DNA of 34,249 bases from a virus (taxonomy: Duplodnaviria; Caudoviricetes). The notes beneath the pieces are model-generated. The model was not told where the DNA came from. It did no database searches and was given only the letters and a program-made list of their open reading frames with translations. Location of the stretch: IMG/VR virus record IMGVR_UViG_3300046786_000442, positions 1 through 34,249 of that record. One strand, given 5' to 3'. Of this stretch, positions 34,142 through 34,249 are shown piece after piece. Position 1 is the first letter of the stretch. The number at the start of each line of letters is the position of its first letter. Made by a program: the position numbers and the translations under genes.

Positions 34142-34249
34142 TGAGCGGAGACTTGAATACGGATCGCAGTCCCGTCATTAAGGCGAATGACGAAAGCGCC
34201 GTTTTCACGTTCGGCCATGTCGAAGCAGTCTAGAGATGGGATTTTTTTC
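34138..34249 (-). CDS. 3' end of a hypothetical protein entering from outside the window
   Basis: Open frame ..KIPSLDCFDMAERENGAFVIRLNDGTAIRIQVSAQ* ending at TGA 34138. Confidence 0.45.
   Translation of the reverse strand, partial: KKIPSLDCFDMAERENGAFVIRLNDGTAIRIQVSAQ

Noticed and set aside
1-34249. Stop-codon reassignment
   Set aside because: Genes are intact in the standard code, including a 13.7-kb ORF, and TAA, TGA and TAG all occur as gene ends.

Overview
The window is a 34-kb piece of a tailed dsDNA phage or prophage genome, probably podovirus-like. No capsid, portal, integrase or host genes are recognisable, so the host cannot be assigned. Left arm, mostly + strand: putative virion genes, a Pro/Thr/Ser-rich protein coupled to a SAM-methyltransferase/GT29 sialyltransferase-like fusion, an inverted and frameshifted terminase large subunit, a probable head-tail adaptor, three probable ejection proteins and a 4,584-aa polyvalent protein (zincin HExxH, LPD23-like and ADP-ribosyltransferase-like modules, two bracketed by direct repeats). 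Right arm, - strand: small early ORFs, Sak4-like ATPase plus DUF669-like SSB, PD-(D/E)xK and HNH endonucleases, MazG-like and RuvC-like proteins, replication initiator and DnaB. The non-coding DNA contains a complete type II hammerhead ribozyme, two two-hairpin leaders with internal complementarity, several other structured RNA candidates, a recurring TTAC-N-GTAA box inside promoters and many sigma70-like promoters 5-10 nt from start codons. An unannotated 48-aa ORF resembling the ribonucleotide-reductase C-terminal cysteine tail sits in its own structured transcript. All family assignments are motif recognition by eye; no database searches or folding programs were run.
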